Positions 29,598-39,751 of a stretch of DNA of 64,000 nt are shown piece after piece. The number at the start of each line of letters is the position of its first letter. Within the stretch, counting starts at the first letter, position 1. This DNA comes from an uncultured cyanobacterium (GTDB lineage: Bacteria; Cyanobacteriota; Cyanobacteriia; Cyanobacteriales; Nostocaceae): NCBI GenBank assembly GCA_963740315.1, contig CAVUDP010000002.1, positions 2,560,001 through 2,624,000 on the forward strand, given 5' to 3'. The notes under the pieces are model-generated. The model made no database searches and was not told the DNA's origin. It saw only the letters and a program-made list of their open reading frames with translations. A program made the position numbers and the translations under genes.

Positions 29598-31682
29598 CTA
29601 AAAGGTAGATATTTGCCAAATTTTTATAGTTCTATCAGAGGCGCAACTAACTAAAATATTTCCATCTTTGTTGAAAGCCAGAGATTCGACTTTAGCAGAA
29701 TGTCCCCTCAAGGTAGTTAAAAGTTCCCCGGTATGTAAATTCCATAATTTAATTGTTGTATCGCTACTACCGGAAGCAAGAATATTTTTTTGCGGACTTG
29801 CAGCAATAGATGTTACCAGTTGAGAATGTCCTTGCCAAGTACGAATTTTTTCTCCTGTAGTTGGATTCCACAACCCTATAGCGTTATTGTAACTACCAAT
29901 AACCGATTCTGTACTTGTTCCTTTGGCTTTTTTTATAAAGGCAACAGAATTAACTGGACTCGAATTATTTGATAGAGTGCGTACAAGTTTTTGATTCACC
30001 GTATCCCAAATTTCGATGGTACCGTCAAAGCTACCACTCGCAAGCATCTTACCTTCGGTATCAAAGGCAAGCGAACTAATTTTGTGACTATCAAAGTTAA
30101 CTATTTCTTCACCTGTAGCCAGATTCCATAGTTTAATGCTGTTGTCATTGCCTCCCGAAGCAAGTATCTTACCATCAGGACTAAAAGCTAAAGCATGAAT
30201 TCCCGAAGTATGCCCTAATAGCGTGCGAATTCCTTGCCCTGTAGCTAGATTCCATATTTTGATAGTTCTATCGTCGCTACCGCTAGCAAACTTTGTTCCA
30301 TCCGGATCGATCGCAACGACATTAACTTTTGAATTATGGTCGTTAAAAACAGATATTTCTTGCTTTGTAACCAAACTCCACATTTTTACGCCAAAAATAC
30401 TGTTTGTGATTATCGTTTTGCTATCTGGAGCGATCGCAAGGGATGAAGCTGAATCGTAATTTAAGTAGAGGGTTTGGGAAACAGCTAATTTTGATTGATT
30501 CTTTAAGGGTTGATTTGAATTCTCGGTTTTAGCAGCTGGCTGAATGCTTGGTTGAGTAATTCTATTCGGGTTGCTAATTTGTGCTTCGCGAGTTTTCCAA
30601 TACCAAAGTTCTCCAGCAAAAAACACGGTTATTGCTGCACCCGCGAACAATAAATTTTTTAACTTACTATATCTATGTATTGAAAATATTTCGGTTGCTG
30701 GTACAACTTGTTCGGAACTCTCTATTAAAGGTGGTGAAAAGAAAGGATATTTTGGCGCTGCTTGCAAATCTGCAATTACTTCCGCAGCTGATTGGTAGCG
30801 CAGTTCAATCTCTTTTTTTAACAATTTATCAAGAATATTGGCAAATTCATCGCTAATTGGATAATTCAAATATTTTTCCCAACTACTTAACCAGCCATAA
30901 CCATGTTCCATCCATAATTTAAAAGGCGAAATACCAGTAATTAAATGAAAGCAGGTAGCCCCGACGCTATATAAATCGCTCGCAGGAGAAGCTTGCCCAT
31001 CTCTAATTTGTTCTATTGGTGAATAGCCGTGAGAACCTATAGAAGTTCCTGTTTTCAATTTGAGTTGTGGCTTCAATTGTTTAGAAGAGCCAAAATCTAT
31101 TAATACTAAATCGGACATCAACTCTTGAGGTGAATTGCGACGGATAATATTTTGCGGTTTAATATCTCGGTGAACTACTCCACGCTCGTGAATAAACTGG
31201 AGAACGGGTAGTAAATTTAACAGTAATTCCCTGATTTCTTTTTCGCTATAACAACGCAGCCAAATATCTCCTTCGCGTCGCATTTCTAACTCTTCGAGCA
31301 AATTTTGTCCGTCAATAAATTGCTGTACCAAATACAAGTAATTGTCTTGTTCAAAATAAGCTAAAAGTTTGGGTATCTGAGGATGCTCTCCCAACTCTTG
31401 TAGTCTTTGCGCTTCTTTCTCAAACAATTCTATTGCTTTCTTTAGCGCCCAGTTTCCTTCATTTCTAGGAGCTAATTGCTTGATTGCACATGGTTCGTTG
31501 AGTTTATCAGAATCTTGAGCTAAATAAGTTTTACCAAATCCACCTTCGTATGAAAGCACCCGGATAACTCGAAACCGATTTCGTAATAATAGGAGTATTG
31601 GGCACCTACAGTTAACACAAATCTTGTTTAAATCGTCATTGAGGGGATTTGGGCAATCCGGATTTAGGCAGTAGATAGTCAT
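29598..31682 (-). CDS. Ser/Thr protein kinase with TM segment and WD40 repeats
   Basis: N-terminal CLNPDC Zn ribbon, GGFGKTY, HRDIKPQN, DFG, C-terminal WD40. Confidence 0.93.
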   Translation of the reverse strand: MTIYCLNPDCPNPLNDDLNKICVNCRCPILLLLRNRFRVIRVLSYEGGFGKTYLAQDSDKLNEPCAIKQLAPRNEGNWALKKAIELFEKEAQRLQELGEHPQIPKLLAYFEQDNYLYLVQQFIDGQNLLEELEMRREGDIWLRCYSEKEIRELLLNLLPVLQFIHERGVVHRDIKPQNIIRRNSPQELMSDLVLIDFGSSKQLKPQLKLKTGTSIGSHGYSPIEQIRDGQASPASDLYSVGATCFHLITGISPFKLWMEHGYGWLSSWEKYLNYPISDEFANILDKLLKKEIELRYQSAAEVIADLQAAPKYPFFSPPLIESSEQVVPATEIFSIHRYSKLKNLLFAGAAITVFFAGELWYWKTREAQISNPNRITQPSIQPAAKTENSNQPLKNQSKLAVSQTLYLNYDSASSLAIAPDSKTIITNSIFGVKMWSLVTKQEISVFNDHNSKVNVVAIDPDGTKFASGSDDRTIKIWNLATGQGIRTLLGHTSGIHALAFSPDGKILASGGNDNSIKLWNLATGEEIVNFDSHKISSLAFDTEGKMLASGSFDGTIEIWDTVNQKLVRTLSNNSSPVNSVAFIKKAKGTSTESVIGSYNNAIGLWNPTTGEKIRTWQGHSQLVTSIAASPQKNILASGSSDTTIKLWNLHTGELLTTLRGHSAKVESLAFNKDGNILVSCASDRTIKIWQISTF

Positions 31683-31940
31683 TTTGTTAGGCGGCTGCGT
31701 GATAAACTATGCTAACAAAAGCCCCTAATTTTTCTTCAGTAAGGAAAAATTATTTTATCATTATACAGAATCTGCATTAAAAAATGTCTAAATAAGCGAA
31801 ATTAAACTATATTTCTAACTATCTAGAGCTTTCACGGAGATTTCTGTATTAATAAAAACTTTTTCCTCAATTAATTTTTTCGATCGAATATCAATAATTT
31901 ACTTAAATTATTTAGAGATATTTGCTACATTGAATTTGAT

Positions 31941-33029
31941 TTATGCTCGCGACGGATAAGCCTGATAATTTTGTCGTGACTTTCTTGCTTTTAATTTAGC
32001 TTTCCATTCGCGAATAGCAATAGCAGTTCGCGTTGAGGGAGGTACGTAACTATGGTAGTTTTCTTCAAAACTATGAATATTAGGTTTTTGTTTAACTCCT
32101 AAAGGTTGGCTAGTTAAGCAGTTGGTTAAGTGAGGTAAATGGGATTCAATACCAAGAGCAAACATAACCTCATCAGCAGACCTAAAACGCTCTTTTACAC
32201 TAATTTTGAGCATTTTATCCAAAATTTTGGTCAAGTGTTCGCTAACTGTTAACTGTTTTTGCCAGCAGATTTCACCCGTGTTGGTGTCGTAATCAAATTC
32301 TAAAGGTGCTTTTCCACTTAGTAAGTAAAGACAAGTTATACCTACTGCATAAAGATCGCTACCGTAAACTGGACGTAAAGAAAACTGTTCTGGAGGAGCA
32401 AATCCCATAGTTCCAACGAAATTGGTAGTAGCAGTTTTATCCGAATTAACTAAAGCCAACTCTTCTTTAACTGCACCAAAATCAATTAATACCAAACGTC
32501 CGTCATCATCGCACCGGAGTAAATTATGCGGTTTTATATCGCGGTGAATTACATGGTTTTTGTGAATATACTTTAATACCGGAAGTATCTCGCGTAAAAA
32601 CTTTTTGACCGCAGTTTCACTCAAAGGACCGCTGCGTCTAACTTCCCTAGTTAAAGTACAACCACGAACATATTCTTGAACCAGAAAAAATTCTTCTCCC
32701 ATTTCAAAGTAATCTAAAAGCATCGGAATTTGAGAATGATTTCCCAATTGACCTAAAGTTTTAGCTTCTTTTTCAAAACGTTCCTTAGCCCTTTCCCAAC
32801 TTTTAGGACTACTTACTTTAGGACAAAGCTGTTTAATAACGCATAAAGGATGTCCCGGTAAAGTCACATTTCGAGCTAAAAAAGTAACTCCAAAACCTCC
32901 TCTACCTAAAATACGTAAAATTGCGTAGCGATCGCGAAATAAAGTTTTAGAACCACATAATTGTCCTAATTTAGTATTTGTCAACAAGTCTGAATGAAAA
33001 TTCGATATTTTTTGAGAAAAGCGATTCAT
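31941..33029 (-). CDS. Ser/Thr protein kinase
   Basis: LGRGGFG, HRDIKPHN, DFG, APPEQ. Confidence 0.93.
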   Translation of the reverse strand: MNRFSQKISNFHSDLLTNTKLGQLCGSKTLFRDRYAILRILGRGGFGVTFLARNVTLPGHPLCVIKQLCPKVSSPKSWERAKERFEKEAKTLGQLGNHSQIPMLLDYFEMGEEFFLVQEYVRGCTLTREVRRSGPLSETAVKKFLREILPVLKYIHKNHVIHRDIKPHNLLRCDDDGRLVLIDFGAVKEELALVNSDKTATTNFVGTMGFAPPEQFSLRPVYGSDLYAVGITCLYLLSGKAPLEFDYDTNTGEICWQKQLTVSEHLTKILDKMLKISVKERFRSADEVMFALGIESHLPHLTNCLTSQPLGVKQKPNIHSFEENYHSYVPPSTRTAIAIREWKAKLKARKSRQNYQAYPSRA

Positions 33030-33260
33030 TATAGTCAACTGTATTATTTACATTGCGACTCCGCGATTTTTTCAATGTAACTACGATCGGTATTTGTCGC
33101 CAGTAAAATTACCGTATCTTTGCACAAACCTAATTTTTCCCTAACTTTTCCTTGAACACTCCGGATGGAAAATGGGGGGAAGAGGGAGATGGGGGGAAGA
33201 GGGAGATGGGGGGATGGGGAGATGGGGGGACAAGGGGAGAGGGGGAAAATTTAACTTTAT

Positions 33261-33410
33261 TAACTCCTAATTCCTAAAGGTTACTGAGCAGTTCGACGTA
33301 GCTCACTGTAAGACTTGTCGAAGTACTCCTAACTCCTAACTCCTAATTCCTAAAGGTTACTGAGCAGTTCGACGTAGCTCACTGTAAGACTTGTCGAAGT
33401 ACTCCTAACT
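33261..33410. repeat. 76-bp tandem duplication of a nested SDR-like element within an (ACTCCTA)n array
   Basis: GGTTACTGAGC-AGTTCGACGTAGCTCACTGTAAGAC-TTGTCGAAGTA at 33279 and 33355. Confidence 0.85.
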
Positions 33411-33454
33411 ATTCCCTACTCCCTACTCCCTACTCCCTACTCCCTACTCCCTAC

Positions 33455-35677
33455 TCACTGTTCAATAGCTATCAAACCATTTTCTGGTATGCGATCGCGA
33501 AACTGCCCTTTCTCAGACAGTACTAAAACAAGTCTTATGGGAGATTCTGGCGGTTGCTGTAAGTCTGCCCACGGTACGGCTACTTCTAAGGAAGTGTTGA
33601 AAGCTAATTGTGCGTGGGTTTCGCGGGGATGCCATTGGGAATGTTCGCCAGCTTGCTGAAATTGAATTGTGTGGTTTAACAAATCAATTTCTAAATGATG
33701 ATGAAATAAATAATTAACTGGTGGTACATCTGGTGCATTATCTATGGGTAAGTGAGTGTTATGCATGATTTTGTTTGGATAAAACCACAGCAGGTTTAAT
33801 TGGGATGGTAAATCTTTTCCTGGCTGTACTCCGGTTTTAAAATCTATACGTAAGTAGAAATTCGACTGGTCTAATCCATACCACAATCGTTGAATGGCGC
33901 TGCTGCTGTGCATTGTGCCTCGCGCACCGCCTACTTCTAAACGTCCGGCTTTTTCCCAACCTTGTTCGTCACCGCTACCGTTTATTTCTGGGTGAATAAA
34001 TCCGGAAGTTCGATGATCTGTTCGTGCTTCGTGGATTTCTAAAGGTTGATTTAAATAGGTGGGTATGGGTTCGTTTAATGCTCGGTAAATTCCCCGGAGA
34101 TGCAAACGAAATAGCTGGTCAAAAATCGCATCTTGATTTGATGAGTGTCCTTCGCCGAACCACCAAAACCAGTCGGAACCTTCTGCGGCGTACAAAGCTT
34201 CCCAAGCTGCGGGGTTGTTTTCTTCTGTTGCTTCTGGATGATTGGCTAATGTGAGTCTTGCATGAGTTAAGTAGTCCCAAGCTCTATTTTTTACCGGGTC
34301 GCCGATCCAAGTGGTAAAACTACCGTCTACCCAGGAACCGCTGTGCAGTTGTTCTGCCTCGATCGTGGCTGTAGCGGGAAACTGTTGTAAGAATTCTGAT
34401 ACTGTGACTAATTTTAACTGCGATTCGTTACTAAATTTTTCATACAAAGCTTCTAAGAAAGGTTTTCCATCTTGTTCGTAAAATTCCCAACAGTTTTCAC
34501 CATCCAAAGCGATAGTAACTAACCAAGGCTCCTCGTCACTTTGCTGCATTTGAGCGATTTTCTGCAAACGCCCGATTAAATCGGACGCTGCGTCTTGAGG
34601 CGGCATTCTGCTGTAGGTAAAACCAATCAAATCGGATAATGCATGATCGCGGAAAACAATTGATACATCACCCGCCGCAGTTTGTAAGCGATAAGGGCGG
34701 TAAAGTAACTCCGGTTGCACAATATTCCCTGCTTCATCGCGGTGGAAAAACTGTTGTAAAGTCCATCCTAGCACCGCTTCATCCGAGCATATCCACTGAA
34801 AACCCTGTTCGACGATATACGGTAAAATCTCCGGACTTACCGATTGTTCCGAGGGCCATAATCCACGCGGATCTCGTTTAAATCTATCTTTATATAACTC
34901 CCAACCCTTACGTAAGTGACGGGGAATATCTTCAGCCCATGCAAAACGTCGCGGCAAAGCCATATTTGGCACTGCCACCCTACCCGCATCAGTATCCGCA
35001 AGTAAAGGTAAAATCGGGTGAGTATAAGGTGTCGTCATTACCTCCAACTGCCCGCTGTCCTGCATCTGGCGGTGTTGCGGTATAATCCGAGCCAAAATTT
35101 CTCGCTGTTTCGAGTAGATACGCTGGCGATCGCTCAAACTAAAATTGCGTCCCTGCTTTAACCAAACCGCAATATCGCGATCGTCCCAAAATAACGGGTC
35201 AATCCACGCCAAATTATGCCAAGCTAATAAATCGCTATAGTTTTGCAAATCCCAATTCCCCAAACACCAAGCTTCTCCCTTCTCCTGACGATCTTGGTAA
35301 AGTTCCCTGTAACGGGGATGGGGTTGAATTAAAGTATCGTAATTAGCGTCAAAAAAATGTTCGAGAATAAATTCTAGCTGTCCGCTCGTTAGTTGTTCTG
35401 TAGGGGTTAAACTAACTTCTAAATAAGGGTCAAAAGCAGTACCGGCAATATAATCTTCAAGCTGCAATATTAATGACGGCACCAAATTAACAGTTTGATG
35501 CAGTTTCGGATACCTCTCCAACATCAACACCAAATCCAAATAATCCTTAGTACCGTGCAACCGCACCCAAGGCAAGCGATATCTTCCAGTACCTAATGAA
35601 GATGAACCACCTTCAGGAGACTTATACAGTGGTTGATGTTGATGCCAAATAAAAGCAACGTGCAGAGGATGAGACAT
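33455..35677 (-). CDS. Glycoside hydrolase family 57 (amylopullulanase-like)
   Basis: WHQHQP, HPILPLL, WPSEQ, ALDGENCWE, AEGSDWFWW. Confidence 0.93.
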   Translation of the reverse strand: MSHPLHVAFIWHQHQPLYKSPEGGSSSLGTGRYRLPWVRLHGTKDYLDLVLMLERYPKLHQTVNLVPSLILQLEDYIAGTAFDPYLEVSLTPTEQLTSGQLEFILEHFFDANYDTLIQPHPRYRELYQDRQEKGEAWCLGNWDLQNYSDLLAWHNLAWIDPLFWDDRDIAVWLKQGRNFSLSDRQRIYSKQREILARIIPQHRQMQDSGQLEVMTTPYTHPILPLLADTDAGRVAVPNMALPRRFAWAEDIPRHLRKGWELYKDRFKRDPRGLWPSEQSVSPEILPYIVEQGFQWICSDEAVLGWTLQQFFHRDEAGNIVQPELLYRPYRLQTAAGDVSIVFRDHALSDLIGFTYSRMPPQDAASDLIGRLQKIAQMQQSDEEPWLVTIALDGENCWEFYEQDGKPFLEALYEKFSNESQLKLVTVSEFLQQFPATATIEAEQLHSGSWVDGSFTTWIGDPVKNRAWDYLTHARLTLANHPEATEENNPAAWEALYAAEGSDWFWWFGEGHSSNQDAIFDQLFRLHLRGIYRALNEPIPTYLNQPLEIHEARTDHRTSGFIHPEINGSGDEQGWEKAGRLEVGGARGTMHSSSAIQRLWYGLDQSNFYLRIDFKTGVQPGKDLPSQLNLLWFYPNKIMHNTHLPIDNAPDVPPVNYLFHHHLEIDLLNHTIQFQQAGEHSQWHPRETHAQLAFNTSLEVAVPWADLQQPPESPIRLVLVLSEKGQFRDRIPENGLIAIEQ

Positions 35678-35772
35678 AAGCTGAGGAGTTAAAAGTTAGG
35701 AATTGTAGAGACGTAGCAATGCTACGTCTGTACAGGAATTAGCATAAAAATCCTAATTCCCAACTTTAACTT

Positions 35773-36003
35773 TTACACCACTTGTTCCACTTCTGCAATT
35801 TCGGGAATCATTTCTCTCAAACGGCGTTCAATACCCATTCTCAGAGTCATAGCAGAACTAGGACAGGAACCACAGGCACCTTGCAAACGTAACTTCACAA
35901 CAGGACCATCAAGTTCTACAAGTTCCACATTGCCACCATCAGACATTAAGTATGGGCGCAACTCATCAAGAACCGTTTCCACATTTTCGTTTGTTAATTC
36001 CAT
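35773..36003 (-). CDS. NifU-like C-terminal domain (Nfu-type) Fe-S scaffold
   Basis: [21 protein letters not shown]. Confidence 0.95.
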   Translation of the reverse strand: MELTNENVETVLDELRPYLMSDGGNVELVELDGPVVKLRLQGACGSCPSSAMTLRMGIERRLREMIPEIAEVEQVV

Positions 36004-36140
36004 AATCCTTGACCTTTGTTAAGTGACAAATTTCGTTTTCAAAGTTTGTTAATTCCATACTAGACCAATTGTGGTGAAGTGATGGGGGGATGGGGGGATG
36101 GGGGGATGGGGGGGATTGGGTTCGGGGGTTCGGGGGAGAT

Positions 36141-36250
36141 GGTAAGCCCAAAACGTGCGGAGGAACACGACCGTTGAGAGAAGTGGCGCAACCCGTTACT
36201 CTAACGAGTCGTGCCGCGCTGAACACGCGGAGCGTGCGGCGAGCGGGGGG
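36141..36250 (+). repeat. Composite GC-rich small-repeat element (inverted partner at 37126-37209)
   Basis: GGTAAGCC...AAGTGGCGCAACCCGTT[26 nt]CACGCGGAGCGTGCGGCGAGCGGGGG. Confidence 0.8.
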
Positions 36251-36279
36251 GACAAGGGGACAAGGAGATAAAAATAATT

Positions 36280-36954
36280 TTAACCTTTAACATGCAGACC
36301 TTTAACATGCAGACCTGCCGTTTCCAGCAAGTTTATGTTGGAGTAGTTAAACTCGGTTGTGGTATCTTCACCATCTTGAAAATCTTTTACCACTTGCTTG
36401 GTCATTAAATAGTAGTTACCTACTTTTTCATAGGTATCAACAAAATTGAGAGTACTTTGAATTTCGTTGGTTTTTAGGTCACGAAAAACAGCGTCGTAGC
36501 GATTTGGAATATAACCTTCACCCGTATCTAAATTCTCGTGGTTATCAATAACAAATGCCGTATTTCCTTTTATCCGAGTTACTTGACAAATTTGCTTGTC
36601 TCTGATTTTGTAAGTAGAATCTAAGGTCCCCTTAACAATAATGACTGCTGCTTGTGTATCGTCTGTTGAACTTTTGATAAATTCATGCTCCTTATGTTCC
36701 TCATCAAAAGGAGCGGGTTTGCAGTGGGTAACAACATTCCGCAGTTGAATGTAAATGCCTTCTTGTACCTGAATGTCTGTTACTCCGCTGACTTCTACAC
36801 TCAAGTCACCACGAATAAATATTTTACCCGTGTAAGTTTCTTGTCCCTGTACTAGCTGCACGTTAGCGCTGTAACCGGGAAAGTCCTCGTCCCAAGTGTA
36901 ACGACTCTCAAAAGCGTCTCTAAATAATTCTTGTGCTGTTTTTGAAGTTTTCAT
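36280..36954 (-). CDS. DUF3386-like protein
   Basis: AQELFRDAFESRYTWDEDFPGYSA N-terminus. Confidence 0.8.
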   Translation of the reverse strand: MKTSKTAQELFRDAFESRYTWDEDFPGYSANVQLVQGQETYTGKIFIRGDLSVEVSGVTDIQVQEGIYIQLRNVVTHCKPAPFDEEHKEHEFIKSSTDDTQAAVIIVKGTLDSTYKIRDKQICQVTRIKGNTAFVIDNHENLDTGEGYIPNRYDAVFRDLKTNEIQSTLNFVDTYEKVGNYYLMTKQVVKDFQDGEDTTTEFNYSNINLLETAGLHVKGLHVKG

Positions 36955-37125
36955 GCGATCGCTAGAACTTCATTTTTCTCAGTTTAGCGAATCACGAATT
37001 AAAAATTCATCAGTTTCGCGTAATTCCCGATCGTCGGATCGAGTTGCAAGTTTTGCGATCGAAATTCTGTTGCTATATCTTCGTTTGTCGTAATAACTCC
37101 TTCCCCTTTTCCCCCTCTCCCCCTC

Positions 37126-37209
37126 TCCCCCGCTCGCCGCACGCTCCGCGTGAACGGGTTGCGCCACTTGCTACAAGTCGGGGAACCCGCGAGGGCGCAG
37201 TGGCTTACC
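37126..37209 (-). repeat. Composite GC-rich small-repeat element, inverted copy
   Basis: Reverse complement GGTAAGCCACTGCG...AAGTGGCGCAACCCGTTCACGCGGAGCGTGCGGCGAGCGGGGG. Confidence 0.8.
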
Positions 37210-37236
37210 ATCTCCCACTCTCCCCATCTCCCCTTG

Positions 37237-38973
37237 TCATTCGTCACTTTCTCCACTAGAAACCAGAACGGGTTGCTGGTAAAGGGGTACTGTAAAGGTG
37301 ACTGTAGAACCAAGCCCTTCTCCTAAGCTGTAAAAATGTACTTCGCCACCCATTGCTTCTACTAACTTTTGAGATATGGTTAATCCCAAGCCGGTACCGC
37401 CGTATTGACGGGTACGGGAACCATCGACTTGAGAAAATAATTGAAATAATTTGTCTTGCTGATCTAAAGAAACGCCGATTCCCGTGTCTACTACCCGCAC
37501 TTTTACCATACCGGGAAATTCTTGTTCTTTAAATATTACTTTTTTACGGACTACATCGGCAGTAATATTTATATGTCCTTCGTGGGTAAATTTTATGGCG
37601 TTACCTACTAGATTGATCATTACTTGTTTGAGACGGAGGTAATCGCTATAAACGAGTATTTCATCATTTGTTTCAGGTAGCTGCATCCCAAAGCTAAGAT
37701 TTTTTTGTTCCGCTTGCAGCCGCATTCCGTTTTCTACATCGCTAAATAACTCATCCAGCTTTACGGGACTAAGTTCTAACTCCATTTTGCCCGCTTCTAT
37801 TTTGGCAAAGTCGAGGATGTCATTGATCACATCTAGTAGATGTAGGGATGATTTATGAGCTTCTCCGAGGAAAAGCGATTGTTCTTCTTCATCATCTGCC
37901 ATTCCATCTATAATCAGCTTTAAAAAGCCAATCATGCCATTTAACGGCGTGCGAATTTCGTGAGATACGTTGGCAAGAAACTCACTTTTGAGACGGCTTG
38001 CGTCTTCTGCTTGCTGACGCGCTAATTCTAATTCTTTATATAAAGTAGCGTGGGCGATCGCCGTACCAATTTGATCTGCTGCTTCTTTGGTTAATTCAAG
38101 TTCTTTGGCTGATAGGTACGGGCATTCCGCATCTAAACTCAAAGCAATTAAACTATTGGGTTGTTCTTGGTGAGAAGTTGCAACTATTAAAAGTTTATCG
38201 GCTTGAAATACGGAACTTTCTGTTTGCTCTACTATAACTGGCTTGAGAGTATTCAAAGCTTGAGTAAACCCAACTTCGGAATCTATATCTATTTCCGTTC
38301 CTAACATTGAATTAACATTAGGTTTGTGCGATTCAGCAATTACACGTACTTTTGAATGTCCGTGATAAGGAAATATAATACAGCGACTGGGTTGTAATGT
38401 TGTGCCTAAACTATCAACTGTTTGCTGCCAAATAATATTTAAATCTAAGGTTCGCCGGATATTTCTAGTAATGTTGTCGATCAGTTTATGGTACTGCTGG
38501 GAACGTATATTATCTTCTAGGCTTGCGGAATTGGATGTAAGTTTGTTTTGACTTTTGCTCGCAGCAATTTGTAACAATCTTCCCATCACCAACACTGACG
38601 TTGCAGCATCTCCTAAAACTGGCATTATTGGAGCGATCAGCAACTCCAATTCCACACTTCCTTGAGAATAATTAAACCAACACTGGCACTTTTCTGGAAC
38701 CAAAGTTGTTAATACTCGCTCCAACCGTTCCAAATAGCAAGTTTTATCAACCGGAATAAAGCTTTCCGGGTTCGCGTTACCGTCAATAATATGTTCTGGT
38801 GTTAATCCCAAACGTTCGCTTTGCTGCCAACAAAACTTCAGGTAACGTCCCGTTCCATCTTGAACGTACACCAATTCGGCTCCCAGACAAGCTAAGGCAT
38901 TGGTGTTATTTGAAACATATTCTTTTTGGTCGGACATTAAATGGGGTTGTTCGGAATTCGCAGCAATACTCAT
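37237..38973 (-). CDS. GAF-containing sensor histidine kinase
   Basis: FLANVSHEIRTPL, NLVGNAIKFT, DTGIG, GGTGLGL; ATG at 38973 preferred. Confidence 0.93.
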   Translation of the reverse strand: MSIAANSEQPHLMSDQKEYVSNNTNALACLGAELVYVQDGTGRYLKFCWQQSERLGLTPEHIIDGNANPESFIPVDKTCYLERLERVLTTLVPEKCQCWFNYSQGSVELELLIAPIMPVLGDAATSVLVMGRLLQIAASKSQNKLTSNSASLEDNIRSQQYHKLIDNITRNIRRTLDLNIIWQQTVDSLGTTLQPSRCIIFPYHGHSKVRVIAESHKPNVNSMLGTEIDIDSEVGFTQALNTLKPVIVEQTESSVFQADKLLIVATSHQEQPNSLIALSLDAECPYLSAKELELTKEAADQIGTAIAHATLYKELELARQQAEDASRLKSEFLANVSHEIRTPLNGMIGFLKLIIDGMADDEEEQSLFLGEAHKSSLHLLDVINDILDFAKIEAGKMELELSPVKLDELFSDVENGMRLQAEQKNLSFGMQLPETNDEILVYSDYLRLKQVMINLVGNAIKFTHEGHINITADVVRKKVIFKEQEFPGMVKVRVVDTGIGVSLDQQDKLFQLFSQVDGSRTRQYGGTGLGLTISQKLVEAMGGEVHFYSLGEGLGSTVTFTVPLYQQPVLVSSGESDE

Positions 38974-39092
38974 GACTGGAGTTAAATAGAAAAAGTGTGC
39001 CCAAAGAAGTTGTGCTAATAGCTGCTTAAAGTTTGGCATAAATTTTTACAGCTTTAGCAGACTTGCTTGGGATTTTTATTGTATTACTCGAA

Positions 39093-39329
39093 TCAGTCGT
39101 TCCACTCACCCCTCGGTGGAACTTTAATCCGATGGGGGGTGCGCGTTAGTTCATCGTCTCTAGGAACATCTCCTCGCAGCCACTGACGCAGCGCCACTTC
39201 AATCACTTTGGAAGGATCGTTACTCAAGTGATTAATTTTTTCTAGTAACTCAGAATCCAAACGGATCGCAACTTCTACCTTATCGGATAAAATTTTTTCC
39301 GCATCGGTAGGTCTTTCTTTCATATTCAT
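39093..39329 (-). CDS. Small hypothetical protein (RHH/CcdA-like pattern)
   Basis: KVEVAIRLDSELL...SKVIEVALRQWL. Confidence 0.7.
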   Translation of the reverse strand: MNMKERPTDAEKILSDKVEVAIRLDSELLEKINHLSNDPSKVIEVALRQWLRGDVPRDDELTRTPHRIKVPPRGEWND

Positions 39330-39751
39330 AGCTAATATTCTCTGCGCGTTATTTTTTCCCAGCCTGTAAAAAGCAGCTTTACTTACAGTTGAATAAGAAT
39401 ATTTGATTACTCAACCCAATATTGCTTGCTGCCGTACCATCGTTCATGTTCATTTTACGCTCCCACCATAACAATACCAGTACCGATTTAATTAGATTGG
39501 GGGATTGGGAGATGGGGAGATGGGGAGATGGGGCAGAGGAGGCAGAGGAGGCAGAGGAGGCAGAGGAAGAAAAAAGAATTTGAAATTGCTTCCTCGGCTC
39601 CCTCGGCTCCCTCCGCTTCCTCCGCTCACTTTCATGCCCAATCCCCTATGCCCACAACATTGAGCAGCGTATTTGTTCGATACGCATTACAATACGTTAA
39701 GTAAAAGGCTTTTTTTTCATAAAGATTGCAAAATACAGCTTTATAAAGTAT

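Noticed and set aside
33160..33165. TCCGGA (DIF1-like heterocyst promoter motif) upstream of the kinase; another near 27576
   Set aside because: A hexamer alone is expected by chance; no TSS data or convincing -10 element
33261..33410. Possible mini-CRISPR array
   Set aside because: Two identical 76-bp units with no unique spacers and no cas genes; explained by SDR/STRR duplication
35966..37313. ORFs 35966-36226, 36090-36290, 36979-37167, 36999-37313, 37044-37259
   Set aside because: They are translations of STRR/SDR repeat DNA
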